NCBI GenBank assembly: GCA_963770895.1
Contig: CAVYRF010000001.1
Coordinates: 2,048,001 to 2,112,000, forward strand
Length of the DNA: 64,000 bases
Source of the DNA: an uncultured Acidobacteriota bacterium
GTDB taxonomy: Bacteria; Acidobacteriota; Thermoanaerobaculia; Multivoradales; UBA5704
Direction: 5' to 3'
Below, in pieces: positions 30,033 to 40,600 of the stretch (the first letter of the stretch is position 1; every line of letters starts with the position of its first letter). A program made the position numbers and the translations under genes. The notes under the pieces were generated by a model. That model was given only the letters and a program-made list of their open reading frames with translations, made no database searches and was not told where the DNA came from.

Positions 30033-33000
30033 TCACGGCGCCGGGGCGGCCGGCTCGCTCGCGATCGGGGCGAGCCCCGCGGCAGCCAGCTCGCGGTTGG
30101 TCGCGGCGAGCTCTCCCTCGGTGAAGGCCCGCCACGCGGCGACGGCGTGCGCGGCCAGGGAGCTCAGGGCGTCGAGACCGGCGCGCGCGTCGGCGCTCGG
30201 CGCGGCATCGGCTCCTTCGATCGCGTCGAACAGCGTGCGCGCGCGCTCGGTTGCGAAACGCAGGCTGTCGGTCCGCGGCGGCGAGCCCGGCCGGCCGCTC
30301 GCCCGCTCCTGGTCGCCGGCGACTCCCGCGATCTGCGCGCCGTCGCGCTCGAGCCGATCGAGGCGCTCCCGCAGCGCCGCCGGCGCGCGCTCGCGACGGG
30401 CACCGGCAGCGTGGAGTACGGCGTCGGCGGCCGCCTGCGCGCTGGCCAGCGACACCTGTATCGCCTGCACCTGGCGTGCCGCCGCCAGCTGCTCCTCGTA
30501 GGCGCTCGCCGGGAGCGCCAGGCGCGGGTCGGCAAGCACCTCGAGACTCTGCTCCAGCCGGCTGCCGTCAACGGTGAGCACCAGGCGGTAGCGCCCCGGC
30601 GCCGCCCACAGGCCGTCCGCCCATGAATCGCCGTGGCTGGTCTCCTTGGGCGCCGCCCATCGCAGCGGCCAGACGAACCGGTGCATGCCCGGCTCGGCCG
30701 TCAGGGTGACCCGCGGCGCGGACCACTGCGGGGCCACCCGAAGCTCGGCGGGCGCGACCGGCTTGGGCAGGTCGGCGCTGCTGTAGCGGCGCACCAGCTG
30801 GCCCGCGGCGTCGAAGATTTCGAGCGTCACCGGCCGGCGGGCCGGCTCCCGCAGCACGTAGTCGACGTAGGCGCCATCCGGCGGATTGGCGGCTGTCGGC
30901 TCGTCCTTCTGGAGCGGCGTGCCGGTGAAGGAGGCGACGCGCAGGCGGACCGCCGGCGCGGGCCGGTAGAGCCAGGCGGCGGCCGCCACCTCGCCCGCCT
31001 GGCGCAGCGGCTCGACATCGTCAAGGATCCAGAAGCCGCGGCCGTGCGTGGCGATGACGAGATCGGCGTCGTGGACTTCGAGGTCGCGCACCGAGGTGAC
31101 CGGCAGCCCGAGCTGCAGCGACTGCCAGTGGTCGCCGTCGTCGAAGGAGACGTAGACGCCCTTCTCGGTGCCGGCATAGAGCAGGCCGCGCCGCACCGGA
31201 TCGGCGCGCACGGCGTTGACGACGCTGCCGTCCGGGATGCCCACGACGGCAAGCTCCCAATGCGCACCGCCGTCGCGGGTGCGGTACAGGTAGGGGTGGA
31301 AGTCGTCGACGCGGTGGCGGTCGACGGCGGCATAGGCGCTCTCGGCGGCGAACGGCGACGGCTCCAGGATGCCGATCTTCGACCACGGCGCCAGACCCGC
31401 CGGGGTCACGTCCTGCCAATGGCCGCCCTCGTCGCGGGTGCGCCAGACGCGGCCGTCGTCGGTTCCCACCCAGAGGTCGCGATCGGCGAGGCGCGAGGGG
31501 GCGATCGTGTAGACGACGCCGCGGCGGGGACCGCCATGGAGGTCGTCGGCAGCGGTCGCGGCATCGAGGTTTGCCGGCACGCCAGGGTCCTCCCGCGTCA
31601 GGTCGGGGGAGATGACCGACCAGTGGTCGCCCCCGTCCGCGGTGCGGAACACCTTCTGGTTGCCGTAGTAGAGAACCCTTGGGTCGCGCCGCGAAAAGGC
31701 CAGCGGCAGCGTCCATTCGTCGCGGTAGACCTCGCCGGGATAGGCGAGGGTGGGATCGACGTTGCGAGTCTGCTGGGTGCGGCGGTCGAGACGCGTCACC
31801 CGCCCGCCGTAGATCGTCTGCGGATCGTCGGGATCGGGAGCGATCATGTCGCTCTCGCCACCGGCGGTGATCTCGGTGAACTGCATCATGGTGATGCCGT
31901 CGTGAGAGCTGCCGCGGACCGGCAGCGCCACCGCCCCGGAGTCCTGCTGGGCGCCGTAGACCCAGTAGGGGAAACGGCCATCGGTCGCCACGTGGTAGAT
32001 CTGGGCGGTCGGCTGGTTGTGCCACGAGCTCCACGAGGCGCCGCCGTCAACCGACACCATCGCACCCTGATCGACGGCGAGGATCCGCGACGCGGGATGG
32101 TCGGCGTCGATCCACAGCATGTGGTAGTCGTCGCCGGTAGCGTCGCCCTCGATCGGGGCGAAGGTGGCGCCGCCGTCGCGCGAGCGGTAGAAGTTGGTAT
32201 CGGAGATCCACACCGTATCGGGGTCGGTGGGCTCGACGGTGACGCTGCCGAAGTACCAGCCGCGCTGCCAGATCCGGTGATCGCTGCTCTTCTGGGTCCA
32301 GTGCTCGCCGCCGTCGTCGGAGCGGTAGAGGCCGCCGGCCTCCGCGTCGACGATGGCATAGACCCGCTGCGGCGCGGTGGCGGCGACGGCGATGCCGATC
32401 CGGCCCGGGTGGGCGGGGAGGCCGTTGCCGGTGAGCTCCCGCCAGTGGTCGCCACCGTCGGTCGACTTCCAGAGGCCGCCGCCGGGCCCGTTCGAAGGCG
32501 GATAGACGCTCCATGGCGGCCGCCGCGTCTGCCAGAGCGCCGCGTAGAGCACCCGCGGGTTGCCCGGCTCGAAGGCGAGGTCGATGGCGCCGGTGTCGGC
32601 GTCCTTCTTGAGCACCTGCTGCCAGTGCTGGCCGCCGTCGCTGCTGCGGAAAACGCCCCGCTCGGCGTTGGGGCCGTAGGGATGGCCCAGGGCGGCAACG
32701 TAGACCCGTTCGGGGTCCTGGGGATCGACGAGGATGCGGCCGATCTGCTGTGTGTCGGTCAGGCCCAGGTGGGTCCAGGTGCGCCCGCCGTCCGCGGACT
32801 TGTACATGCCGTCGCCCTGCGCGATGTCGGAGCGCATGTCGGCCTCGCCGCTGCCGACGTAAAGGGTGCTGGGTCGGGAGGGCGCCACCGCGATCGCGCC
32901 GATCGTCGCGATCGGCTGCCCGTCGAAGATGGGCTTCCAGGTGCGGCCGGCGTCGCGGCTCTCCCACACGCCGCCGTTGACCGCGCCGAAATAGAAGTGA

Positions 33001-33212
33001 TTCGGCTCGCCCGGCACGCCGGTCACCGCGAGCACCCGGCCACCGCGGAAGGGGCCGAGCAGCCGCCAGTGAAGGCCGGAGAACAGCGCCGGGTCGACGG
33101 GTCCCCCGGCCTTGGCAATCGGAGCGGCGGCGGCGGCGGTCGGCAGGGCGAGAGCGAGCCCGGCGGCGCCTGCGAGAAGGCGGCGGATGGAGCGGCGGCG
33201 GTTGTCGTTCAC
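30033..33212 (-). CDS. Secreted sortilin/Vps10 BNR-repeat beta-propeller protein (glycosyl-hydrolase-like)
   Basis: 'WRLLGPFRGGR', many Asp-boxes (SRDAGRTW, SADGGRTW, SSDGGQHW, STDGGDHW, SDDGGEHW, TRDEGGHW), 'LVIATHGRGFWILDD'. GTG start at 33212 with signal peptide. Confidence 0.88.
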   Translation of the reverse strand: MNDNRRRSIRRLLAGAAGLALALPTAAAAAPIAKAGGPVDPALFSGLHWRLLGPFRGGRVLAVTGVPGEPNHFYFGAVNGGVWESRDAGRTWKPIFDGQPIATIGAIAVAPSRPSTLYVGSGEADMRSDIAQGDGMYKSADGGRTWTHLGLTDTQQIGRILVDPQDPERVYVAALGHPYGPNAERGVFRSSDGGQHWQQVLKKDADTGAIDLAFEPGNPRVLYAALWQTRRPPWSVYPPSNGPGGGLWKSTDGGDHWRELTGNGLPAHPGRIGIAVAATAPQRVYAIVDAEAGGLYRSDDGGEHWTQKSSDHRIWQRGWYFGSVTVEPTDPDTVWISDTNFYRSRDGGATFAPIEGDATGDDYHMLWIDADHPASRILAVDQGAMVSVDGGASWSSWHNQPTAQIYHVATDGRFPYWVYGAQQDSGAVALPVRGSSHDGITMMQFTEITAGGESDMIAPDPDDPQTIYGGRVTRLDRRTQQTRNVDPTLAYPGEVYRDEWTLPLAFSRRDPRVLYYGNQKVFRTADGGDHWSVISPDLTREDPGVPANLDAATAADDLHGGPRRGVVYTIAPSRLADRDLWVGTDDGRVWRTRDEGGHWQDVTPAGLAPWSKIGILEPSPFAAESAYAAVDRHRVDDFHPYLYRTRDGGAHWELAVVGIPDGSVVNAVRADPVRRGLLYAGTEKGVYVSFDDGDHWQSLQLGLPVTSVRDLEVHDADLVIATHGRGFWILDDVEPLRQAGEVAAAAWLYRPAPAVRLRVASFTGTPLQKDEPTAANPPDGAYVDYVLREPARRPVTLEIFDAAGQLVRRYSSADLPKPVAPAELRVAPQWSAPRVTLTAEPGMHRFVWPLRWAAPKETSHGDSWADGLWAAPGRYRLVLTVDGSRLEQSLEVLADPRLALPASAYEEQLAAARQVQAIQVSLASAQAAADAVLHAAGARRERAPAALRERLDRLERDGAQIAGVAGDQERASGRPGSPPRTDSLRFATERARTLFDAIEGADAAPSADARAGLDALSSLAAHAVAAWRAFTEGELAATNRELAAAGLAPIASEPAAPAP

Positions 33213-33407
33213 GGCGCCAAGCCTAACCGAGCGACCGGCAGCGTGAAAAGGCACACGCCGGCGGCAGGGCAAGCCGGCCGATGCGCGCATACGGCCATGG
33301 CCATGCGCGAGCCCGCGGAGCGCCGGCTCTCCGCGGGCCGAATGCGGGAGGGGGCGGCGCAGCCGGCCGGCTGCGCCGCCCTGCGAGAGGAAGGCTACGG
33401 CACCGGC

Positions 33408-34820
33408 CTACGGGAGGTCCCACTCCTCGTTGCTGTCGCCGATCGCGTGGCGCAGCCGCGAGAGGCCGGCGTCGGAGGCCGGGATGGTGTAGTCGTAGCG
33501 ATACCAGTGGTCGCCCTGGAGGCGCCCGTACATGTGGCCGAAGCTCCCCTGGCAGATGAGGCCGGTGTTGGTATAGCCGGGCTTGCACTCCTTGAGGCAG
33601 TGCTCCGAGGCCTGGTCGTCGCCGGCCAGGCACTCGGACTTGTAGCAGCCGTCGGGGTCCGGCTTGCCGATGGTGTAGGTCGGAGTGCCCTCGCAGGCAG
33701 CCATGTTGAGGGGAGGCGGGTTCTGGGTGGGATGCTGGCTGATGCCGTCGGGTCCCCAGTGCCAGGTGGCGAACTCGCCCTGCGGATATTGGAGGCTGGG
33801 CGAGCTGTGCTGCGACCAGTTGTCCTGGAGCATCCAGGGCTCTTCATAGCTGTCCAGGTCGGCCAGCCTGGCCGTCCAGGTGCGCAGGATGTCGGCATCC
33901 GACTTGGGGTTGCGGAAATCGGCCCAGTAGGCGCACCCACCGGCGCCGGCGGGGCCCGCCGAGTTGTCGTCGTGGAACGAGCCGTGCGAGAGCTTGCCCA
34001 CGTAGACCACGGGGTGCTCGCCGTCGCTGCGAAAGCCGGAGGAGCCGCCGCAGCGCCCGGTTCCGCCGGGGGTGCAGGGAGCGTCGTGAGACCCCGAGAT
34101 GCGCGTGTACCAGCCGCCGTGCTGGAAGTAGGTGACGGCCGCCACGGCGTTGCGGTCCTCCCGCAGGATGACGATCACGTTCTCCCAATCGCCGTTGTGC
34201 TTCCCCTCCTCCATGAAACAGGGGTGCTGGTAGCCGTAGAACCACCAGTACCGGATGCGCACCTGCTTGCCGACGGTCCGGATCTGGTAATAGGTCGGAA
34301 TGGATTTGTTTCCGAGCGTCGCCTGATTCGTGTTTTCGACCCCGACCGGCGTGTTGCCCGGCTGGTCGACCGGATTGCCGTCCTTGTCCTTGGGCAGCCT
34401 GTCGACGAACGGCTGCGGCGGCATCGGATACCCCTGCGCGGCACGGTCGAACTTCAGCTCCGGCGCGAAGCGGGCGTCGAGCGCCGGGGTGACCAGGTTG
34501 GGCGGCGACCCCTGAGCGCAGAAAACCTTGCCAAGCTTGTTCTGAGGCGGCCACTTCCTGTGGATGGCGCACTTGTACCCCGGCCCGCCCATGGCGCCGC
34601 CATCGGCGAGCCCATAGATCTCCCAGGGCTGCATAGAGTCGCAGATCTGCTGCCTGTGCTCGAAAGCCTCCTGCGTGGTGAGCACGTGCATGGCTCCGCA
34701 GTGCGCCGCGTCGTCCGCCGCGAACACCGGAAACTTCCCACCGCTCGTCTGGCCAACCGCCGGCAGGCCGCAGCAGATCAGCACCAGCCAACACGGACCG
34801 ACCCATAGAGATCTTTTCAT
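33408..34820 (-). CDS. Secreted Cys-rich protein with N-terminal APT-like domain and NPP1/Vps62-like domain
   Basis: Signal peptide 'MKRSLWVGPCWLVLICCGLPAVG'; 'FAPELKF', 'YWWFYGYQ...HNGDWENVIV', 'FQHGGWY', 'HPVVYVGKLSHG'. Start 34820 after GAGGAGG. Confidence 0.7.
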   Translation of the reverse strand: MKRSLWVGPCWLVLICCGLPAVGQTSGGKFPVFAADDAAHCGAMHVLTTQEAFEHRQQICDSMQPWEIYGLADGGAMGGPGYKCAIHRKWPPQNKLGKVFCAQGSPPNLVTPALDARFAPELKFDRAAQGYPMPPQPFVDRLPKDKDGNPVDQPGNTPVGVENTNQATLGNKSIPTYYQIRTVGKQVRIRYWWFYGYQHPCFMEEGKHNGDWENVIVILREDRNAVAAVTYFQHGGWYTRISGSHDAPCTPGGTGRCGGSSGFRSDGEHPVVYVGKLSHGSFHDDNSAGPAGAGGCAYWADFRNPKSDADILRTWTARLADLDSYEEPWMLQDNWSQHSSPSLQYPQGEFATWHWGPDGISQHPTQNPPPLNMAACEGTPTYTIGKPDPDGCYKSECLAGDDQASEHCLKECKPGYTNTGLICQGSFGHMYGRLQGDHWYRYDYTIPASDAGLSRLRHAIGDSNEEWDLP

Positions 34821-35200
34821 CTCCCGGTTCCTCCTCGTCTGAGAATGGGGTAGGGCTTTCCACCATTGTATCGGAACCGCGATCCGCGAAGTCCGCGCCG
34901 CCCGTGGCAAGGATGAACTTCGCCTTGGCCTTGGCTGCGCATTCCGCTGAAGGCGACCACCCGTTCCTGAAACCCAGGCTGTCCGCGGGCTTCTCCTCTC
35001 TTCGCGCGGTAAGGAAGTGTCGTCGGCAGCCCCGCGGGCAGGTATGATGCTCTCCAGGGCGAGGCGCACGGGTTCGGGCCGTTTCGGTCCGCCACGATCG
35101 CCGCTTCCGCTACCCCGCGGCATTTCTTTCGCGATCCGCTCTTGTACCGCCGGCCGCCGCGGGGATGTGCGAAGGCCTGTCTCGGAAGGGATGTTCCTGA

Positions 35201-37033
35201 TTGGACAGCGCGACCCACCCCTCGCCTCGTTGGCTCCGTGACCTGCGGCGCTTCCTACCCCTCAAGAGCCAGTTTGTCCTGAGCGGCAACGTCCGCGACC
35301 TCCAGATCTACGCGACTGGGGAAGCGGTCACCGCGGTGAGCCTGGAAACGGTGCTCGGTGCAACGCTCGCCCGAGCCGGCTTCGTCTCCGTGCTCGCCTA
35401 CGAGCCGGTCGCCGGCTTCCGCGTCCTCGACCGTCCCGACGGATCTCCATCCGACGCCCGGGCGGTGCTCGGCGGGCTCGGGCTCACGCCGTCGGCCAAC
35501 GGCGCCGCTCCGGCCGGCCCCGACCTGTTTGCGTCGGTGCTGCAGCGGCTCGTCCAGCGCGACGGAGCGCCGATCGCGCTGGTCGCCGACTTCGCGTCGC
35601 GTCTCCTGGTCCGCCACGACGCGCCGAGCGTCGCCGAGCACCAGCTGTTCACCACCGCGCTCGTGCTGAGCCAGAAGGCCGCAGCACGCCCTCTCGGGGT
35701 CGACCGCTCGCCGCTCTACAACGCGGTGATCTGGGTCGTCGACAAGGAGGGGGACCTGCCCGATTGGCTGACGATCGGCAACCCGCGCATTCGCCACATC
35801 CCGATTGCGAGCCCCGATCGCCAGGCGCGATGGGCCGTCGCCCCATCTCTCCTCCGCGGGCTCCCCGGCGCCCGCGAAGCGCCCCCCGAGGCGCTTCGGC
35901 GCGCCGAGGTCGAGCTGGTCGATGGCACCGAGGGGCTGCTCCTCATGGACCTGAGCTCGATCGCCCAGCTGGCGCGCTCCGAGGGCGTGGCGCTCGGCGA
36001 CATCGGCGACGCCGTCCGGCGCTACAAGGTGGGCGTCACCGAGGACGCCTGGCGGAAGATCGAGAAGGAGAGGATCCGAGGCGGCGTCGAGCAGGTGACC
36101 AAACGGGTGATCGGCCAGGACCACGCGGTCACCCACATGCTCGACATCGTCAAGCGGGCGGCAACCGGTCTCGGCACCGGCGGCACCGGCGGGCGCCCGC
36201 GCGGCATTGCGTTCCTCGCCGGCCCGACCGGCGTCGGCAAGACGGAGCTCGCGAAGAGCGTGACCGAGCTGCTGTTCGGCGACGAGAGTGCCTACATTCG
36301 CTTCGACATGTCGGAGTTCAGCGCTGAGCACGCCGACCAGCGGCTGATCGGCGCGCCGCCCGGCTACGTTGGCTACGACATGGGGGGCGAGCTGACCAAC
36401 GCGATCCGCGAGAAGCCGTTCGCGGTCGTCCTGTTCGACGAGATCGAGAAGGCGCACCCGCGCATCCTCGACAAGTTCCTGCAGGTGCTCGACGACGGGG
36501 TCCTAACCTCGGGGCGCGGCGACCGTGTCTACTTCTCGGAGGCGCTGATCGTGTTCACCTCCAACCTCGGCATCTACAGGCTCGACGCGAGCGGGGCGCG
36601 GATCCCGAACGTCGCTCCCGACCAACCGTTCGAGGAGGTGCGGGCGCGGGTGCGGGCCGAGATCGAGGCCCACTTCAAGCTCGTCCTCAACCGGCCCGAG
36701 ATCCTCAACCGCATCGGCGAGAACATCATCGTGTTCGATTTCATCCGGCGTGACGTGGCAGACCGGATCTTCGACGGCATGGTCGACGCGCTGCTGCGCG
36801 AGGCCGCGAAGTCGGGGCATCGGGTCGCGATCGCGCCCGAGGCGCGGGAGGCGCTGCGCGAGCTCTGCGTCGCCGACCTCTCGAACGGCGGCCGCGGCGT
36901 GCGCAACAAGCTCGAAGTCCATCTCACCAACCCGCTCGCCCGCGCGCTCTTCGACCGCGACGGGGAAGGGCCGGTGGTCGTCCGCCGCGTCGAGCCCGGC
37001 GCGATCACCCGTCTGCATCTCGAGAGCGAATGA
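35201..37033 (+). CDS. ClpA/ClpB D2-like AAA+ ATPase with divergent N-terminal domain
   Basis: Walker A 'GPTGVGKTELAK', 'RFDMSEF', pore loop 'RLIGAPPGYVGY', Walker B 'VVLFDEIEKAHP', 'FTSN', 'RPEILNRI'. Only one intact AAA module. Confidence 0.88.
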   Translation: MDSATHPSPRWLRDLRRFLPLKSQFVLSGNVRDLQIYATGEAVTAVSLETVLGATLARAGFVSVLAYEPVAGFRVLDRPDGSPSDARAVLGGLGLTPSANGAAPAGPDLFASVLQRLVQRDGAPIALVADFASRLLVRHDAPSVAEHQLFTTALVLSQKAAARPLGVDRSPLYNAVIWVVDKEGDLPDWLTIGNPRIRHIPIASPDRQARWAVAPSLLRGLPGAREAPPEALRRAEVELVDGTEGLLLMDLSSIAQLARSEGVALGDIGDAVRRYKVGVTEDAWRKIEKERIRGGVEQVTKRVIGQDHAVTHMLDIVKRAATGLGTGGTGGRPRGIAFLAGPTGVGKTELAKSVTELLFGDESAYIRFDMSEFSAEHADQRLIGAPPGYVGYDMGGELTNAIREKPFAVVLFDEIEKAHPRILDKFLQVLDDGVLTSGRGDRVYFSEALIVFTSNLGIYRLDASGARIPNVAPDQPFEEVRARVRAEIEAHFKLVLNRPEILNRIGENIIVFDFIRRDVADRIFDGMVDALLREAAKSGHRVAIAPEAREALRELCVADLSNGGRGVRNKLEVHLTNPLARALFDRDGEGPVVVRRVEPGAITRLHLESE

Positions 37034-37674
37034 CGCCCGCCGCGATCTCCCGCCTCCACTTCCCGGTCACCACGCTCGGCCCGGGGCGCCGCATCGGGGT
37101 CTGGTTCCAGGGGTGCTCGCTCCGCTGCCCCGGCTGCATCTCACCCGATACCTGGGAGCCCGGACGCGGGGAGACCACGGTCGAGGAGGTGCTCGCGGCG
37201 CTCGCCCCGTGGCGGGACGCGGCCGATGGGCTGACCGTCTCGGGCGGCGAGCCGTTCGAGCAGGGCAAGGCGCTCGCCGCGCTCTTGACCGGCTGGCGCG
37301 CCGGAGCGCCGAAGAGCTCGCTGGTCTTCACCGGCTTCGAGCGCGCCGCCGTCGAGCCCTGGCTTGCCGCCCACCCGGGGCTGATCGACGCGCTCGTCAC
37401 CGGTCCTTTCCGGCAGGAAGCGCCGCAGACCCTGGCGCTACGCGGCAGCGACAATCAGGAGCTGCACGTCCTGTCGCCGCTCGGCGTCGCGTTCCGAGCC
37501 CTCGACCGGCCGGCGACCGGCGACGACCGCCGCCTCGACGCCATGTTCGACGCCGACGGCACGGTCTGGTTCGCCGGCATCCCGGCGCGCGACGACTTCC
37601 GGCGCCTCCGCCGCGCCCTCGAAGCGGCGGGCCACGCCGTCACCCTCTCACCCAGGGCACGAGGAGCCGCATGA
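37030..37674 (+). CDS. NrdG/PflA-like radical SAM 4Fe-4S protein
   Basis: 'LGPGRRIGVWFQGCSLRCPGC' (CxxxCxxC), 'GLTVSGGEPFEQ', 'LRGSDNQ'. ATGA overlaps on both sides. Confidence 0.88.
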   Translation: MTPAAISRLHFPVTTLGPGRRIGVWFQGCSLRCPGCISPDTWEPGRGETTVEEVLAALAPWRDAADGLTVSGGEPFEQGKALAALLTGWRAGAPKSSLVFTGFERAAVEPWLAAHPGLIDALVTGPFRQEAPQTLALRGSDNQELHVLSPLGVAFRALDRPATGDDRRLDAMFDADGTVWFAGIPARDDFRRLRRALEAAGHAVTLSPRARGAA

Positions 37675-40600
37675 TCCGTTTCTGTCCGGCCTGCGCGACG
37701 GAGCGCAGCCCGTCCGAGGTGTTCTGCGAGGGGACCATCGACGGCCGGCCTTGCGATTGGAACCTGAGCGAGGTGCCGCTCCGGCCGGCCGGCTGGCGGC
37801 CGTCCCCGGAAGGGGAGCTCGAGCCCGTCCCGGCGCCGTCCGGCGTCTGCCCGAACGGCCACCCCCTCGAGCCGGGCGACCTCCTCTGCGGGCGGTGCGG
37901 GGCCGACCTGACGACCACCGAACCCTCCGCCTCCGGCACCGCGCTCCGGGAGGGGGAGCCCGCAGGCGGAGCGGCGACACCGTCGATCCCCGGCTGGAGG
38001 ATCGAGCACCGGATCGCCGCCGACAGTCAGGTCCAGGAGCGCTACGCCGCGGTGCGCGAGGCGGACGGCCACCGCGCCGTCCTCACCGTCTACAGCGAGG
38101 GGCACGAGCCGGATGCCGAGGTCTACGAGGTGCTGCGGACGCTCGATCGCGAGCACGTCCCCGACCTGCTCGAGACCGGGCGGTGGGACGGGCGCGCCTA
38201 CGAGCTGAGCGAGGACTTGCGCGGCGGCACCCTCGCCGAGGTCGGCCTCCTGCCCGATGATCTCGGCACTCTGTCGCGCATCGTCTCCGAGCTCGGCAGG
38301 GCCCTCCATGCGCTCTCCGAGCACGGGCTGCGCCACCGCGACCTGCGTCCGAGCGCGATCCTCGTCCGCACCCGCGAGCCGCTCGACCTCGTCCTCACCA
38401 GCTTCGGCTCGGCGCTCCTGTCGGACTACGACCTCGACACCGTCTCGCCGCTCGAGACGACGCGCTACACGGCGCCCGAGGCGGCCTTGGGCGCCGTCGC
38501 CGCGGCGAGCGACTGGTGGAGCTTGGGGATTCTCCTTCTGGAGCAGGTGACGCGCGGCGCCTGCTTCGCGGGGGTGAACGACCAGGCGTTCCTGATCCAC
38601 GTCCTGACCCACGGGGCGCCGATCCCGGAAGGGCTCGCTCCCGAGGTCGACCTCCTGCTGCGCGGGCTCCTGACGCGCGACCGGCGCGAGCGTTGGGGCT
38701 GGCCCGAGGCGCAGCGCTGGCTCGCCGGCGAGTCGCCTTCCGTCTCGGCCTCGGCGCGTCCCGCGGCGGAGACGCGAGGAACGCGAACCCTCCAGCTCGG
38801 TGGCACCGACTACGCCAGCCCGACCGCGTTCGCGTTCGCCGCCGCGGAGGCGGCGAACTGGGACGAGGCGCGCACGCTCCTCGCGCGCGGCGCCGTCGCG
38901 ACTTGGGCCGAGGAGGCGGGGTTCGACGGCCGGCTACAGGCGGATCTTCGGCACCTCGCCCACGTCGACGACCTGTCGGACGACCTGCGGCTGACCCTGG
39001 CCGTCAGGGCGTTGAATCCGGCGATGCCGCTCGTCTTGCGCGGTGAGATCGTGACACCGGGCTGGCTCCTCGACCACCCGGACGAGGGGTACGCGATGAT
39101 CGCCGGCTCTGCCCCCGACCGGCTCGCCCGCAACGACGCGGATGTCTGGCTGTCGCGCATGAAGGCCCGCGCCTTGCAGGTGCGCGAGCGGGCCGAGCAA
39201 CTCGGCATCGCCCTGGATGAGACGGAGCTGCGGCTCTACCTCCTCGCCACCTCGCGCAGCCGCCTCGCGGCGATCTGGCGGGAGCGCTGTCGCCTCCTTC
39301 CCGATACCGACCATCCGGGGCTCGTCGCGCTCATGGAGCGTCGGCAGACGACCGACGAGGACTACATCGTGCTGCTCGCCGCCGACGTCGGGCAGTTCCG
39401 CACCGCCGACGCGGTGGTCGTGGACGCCGCACGCGCCGCAGCAGACGTCGGGGTCGAGAGCTTCGATGCGGCAGCGGCCCGTGCCCGGCTCGAGAAGCCG
39501 CGGCGCGAGATCTACTCCGAGATCGAGCAGCGCCTCGCCGGCTTCTCGCGCTGCGATCGCGCGCGGATCGACGAGTGGGCCGACAGCTTTCGGATCGAGC
39601 GCCGCCTGCCGCTCCCGCGGGCGCTCGCCCTCCTCGCGGTGCCGGCCGATTCGTGGCGCGAGCCGCCGCGGCAAGCCTACGTGGCGACCCTGCTCGACTT
39701 CTTCGGCAAGCGAATCACCAACGCGCTGGTCCGCGGGCCGCTGACCCGCATGCTGGTCGGCAAGAACGCCGCGCGCCTCGATCTGACCGAGCTCGACGGC
39801 GAGCGCCGGTCGGCGGCCGCGCTGCTCGACCACCTGCTCCGGCGAGGGGCGCTGGCGATCGACCTCGACCCCGCCGTCTTCCGGGACGACCCGACGCTCG
39901 AGCGTCGGCTGCGCACGCTGCACTCTCACGCCATGCTCTACCGCCGCGACACCGGGATCGACGGCCTCTACCTCGGGTTCCCCTTCCTCCTCCTGCAGGA
40001 GAACCGGACGTCGGTCAAACCGCGGATCGCGCCGGTCCTCCTCTGGCCGGTGCGGCTCCGGCCGGAAACCGGCGCGCGGGCGCGGATCGACGTCGCCTTC
40101 GACGACGACCGCCAGGAGGTGCGGCTCAATCCCGCGTTCGCCCTCCTTCTGGGAGCCGATGCGGCCCGCCGCTGGGAGGAGGCCGCCCGCGACCTGCTCG
40201 GCCGTGCGAGCCTGACCGCCGGCGGGGTGCTCGACGCGTTTGCCGGCCTGGCCGCTGTCGAGGGGCGGAGCCTCGTCCCGCTCCCCGGCAAGGACGCGAA
40301 GGTCGAGCCAGGCGCCGATCGGCTGGTCTGCGCCGCGGTGCTGTTCAACCTCTCCTTCCTCGGCCAGGCGGTCTTGGAAGACCTGCGCCAGCTGAGGGCG
40401 ATCCCGCCCGCCGGCACCGGTCTCGAGAAGGCGTTCCGGGTCGGGGGCCGGGTGGAGCGGTCTTCCCTCGAGCCCGTGCGCGAGCGCGATCGGTACCTCA
40501 CCGCCGACAGCGATCCATCCCAGGAACGGGCGGTCCTGGAAGCGCGCACGGGCAGCGGGTTGGTGGTGGAAGGGCCGCCGGGCACCGGCAAGAGCCAGAC

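Noticed and set aside
35201-37033. Housekeeping clpB or T6SS clpV
   Set aside because: It lacks the Clp N-domain, an intact D1 and the M-domain, and there are no T6SS genes in the window.
37030-37674. Prokaryotic viperin or QueE
   Set aside because: Length and motifs (GPG.R..WFQGC, RGS.NQ) fit the NrdG-like activases better, and no que genes are adjacent.
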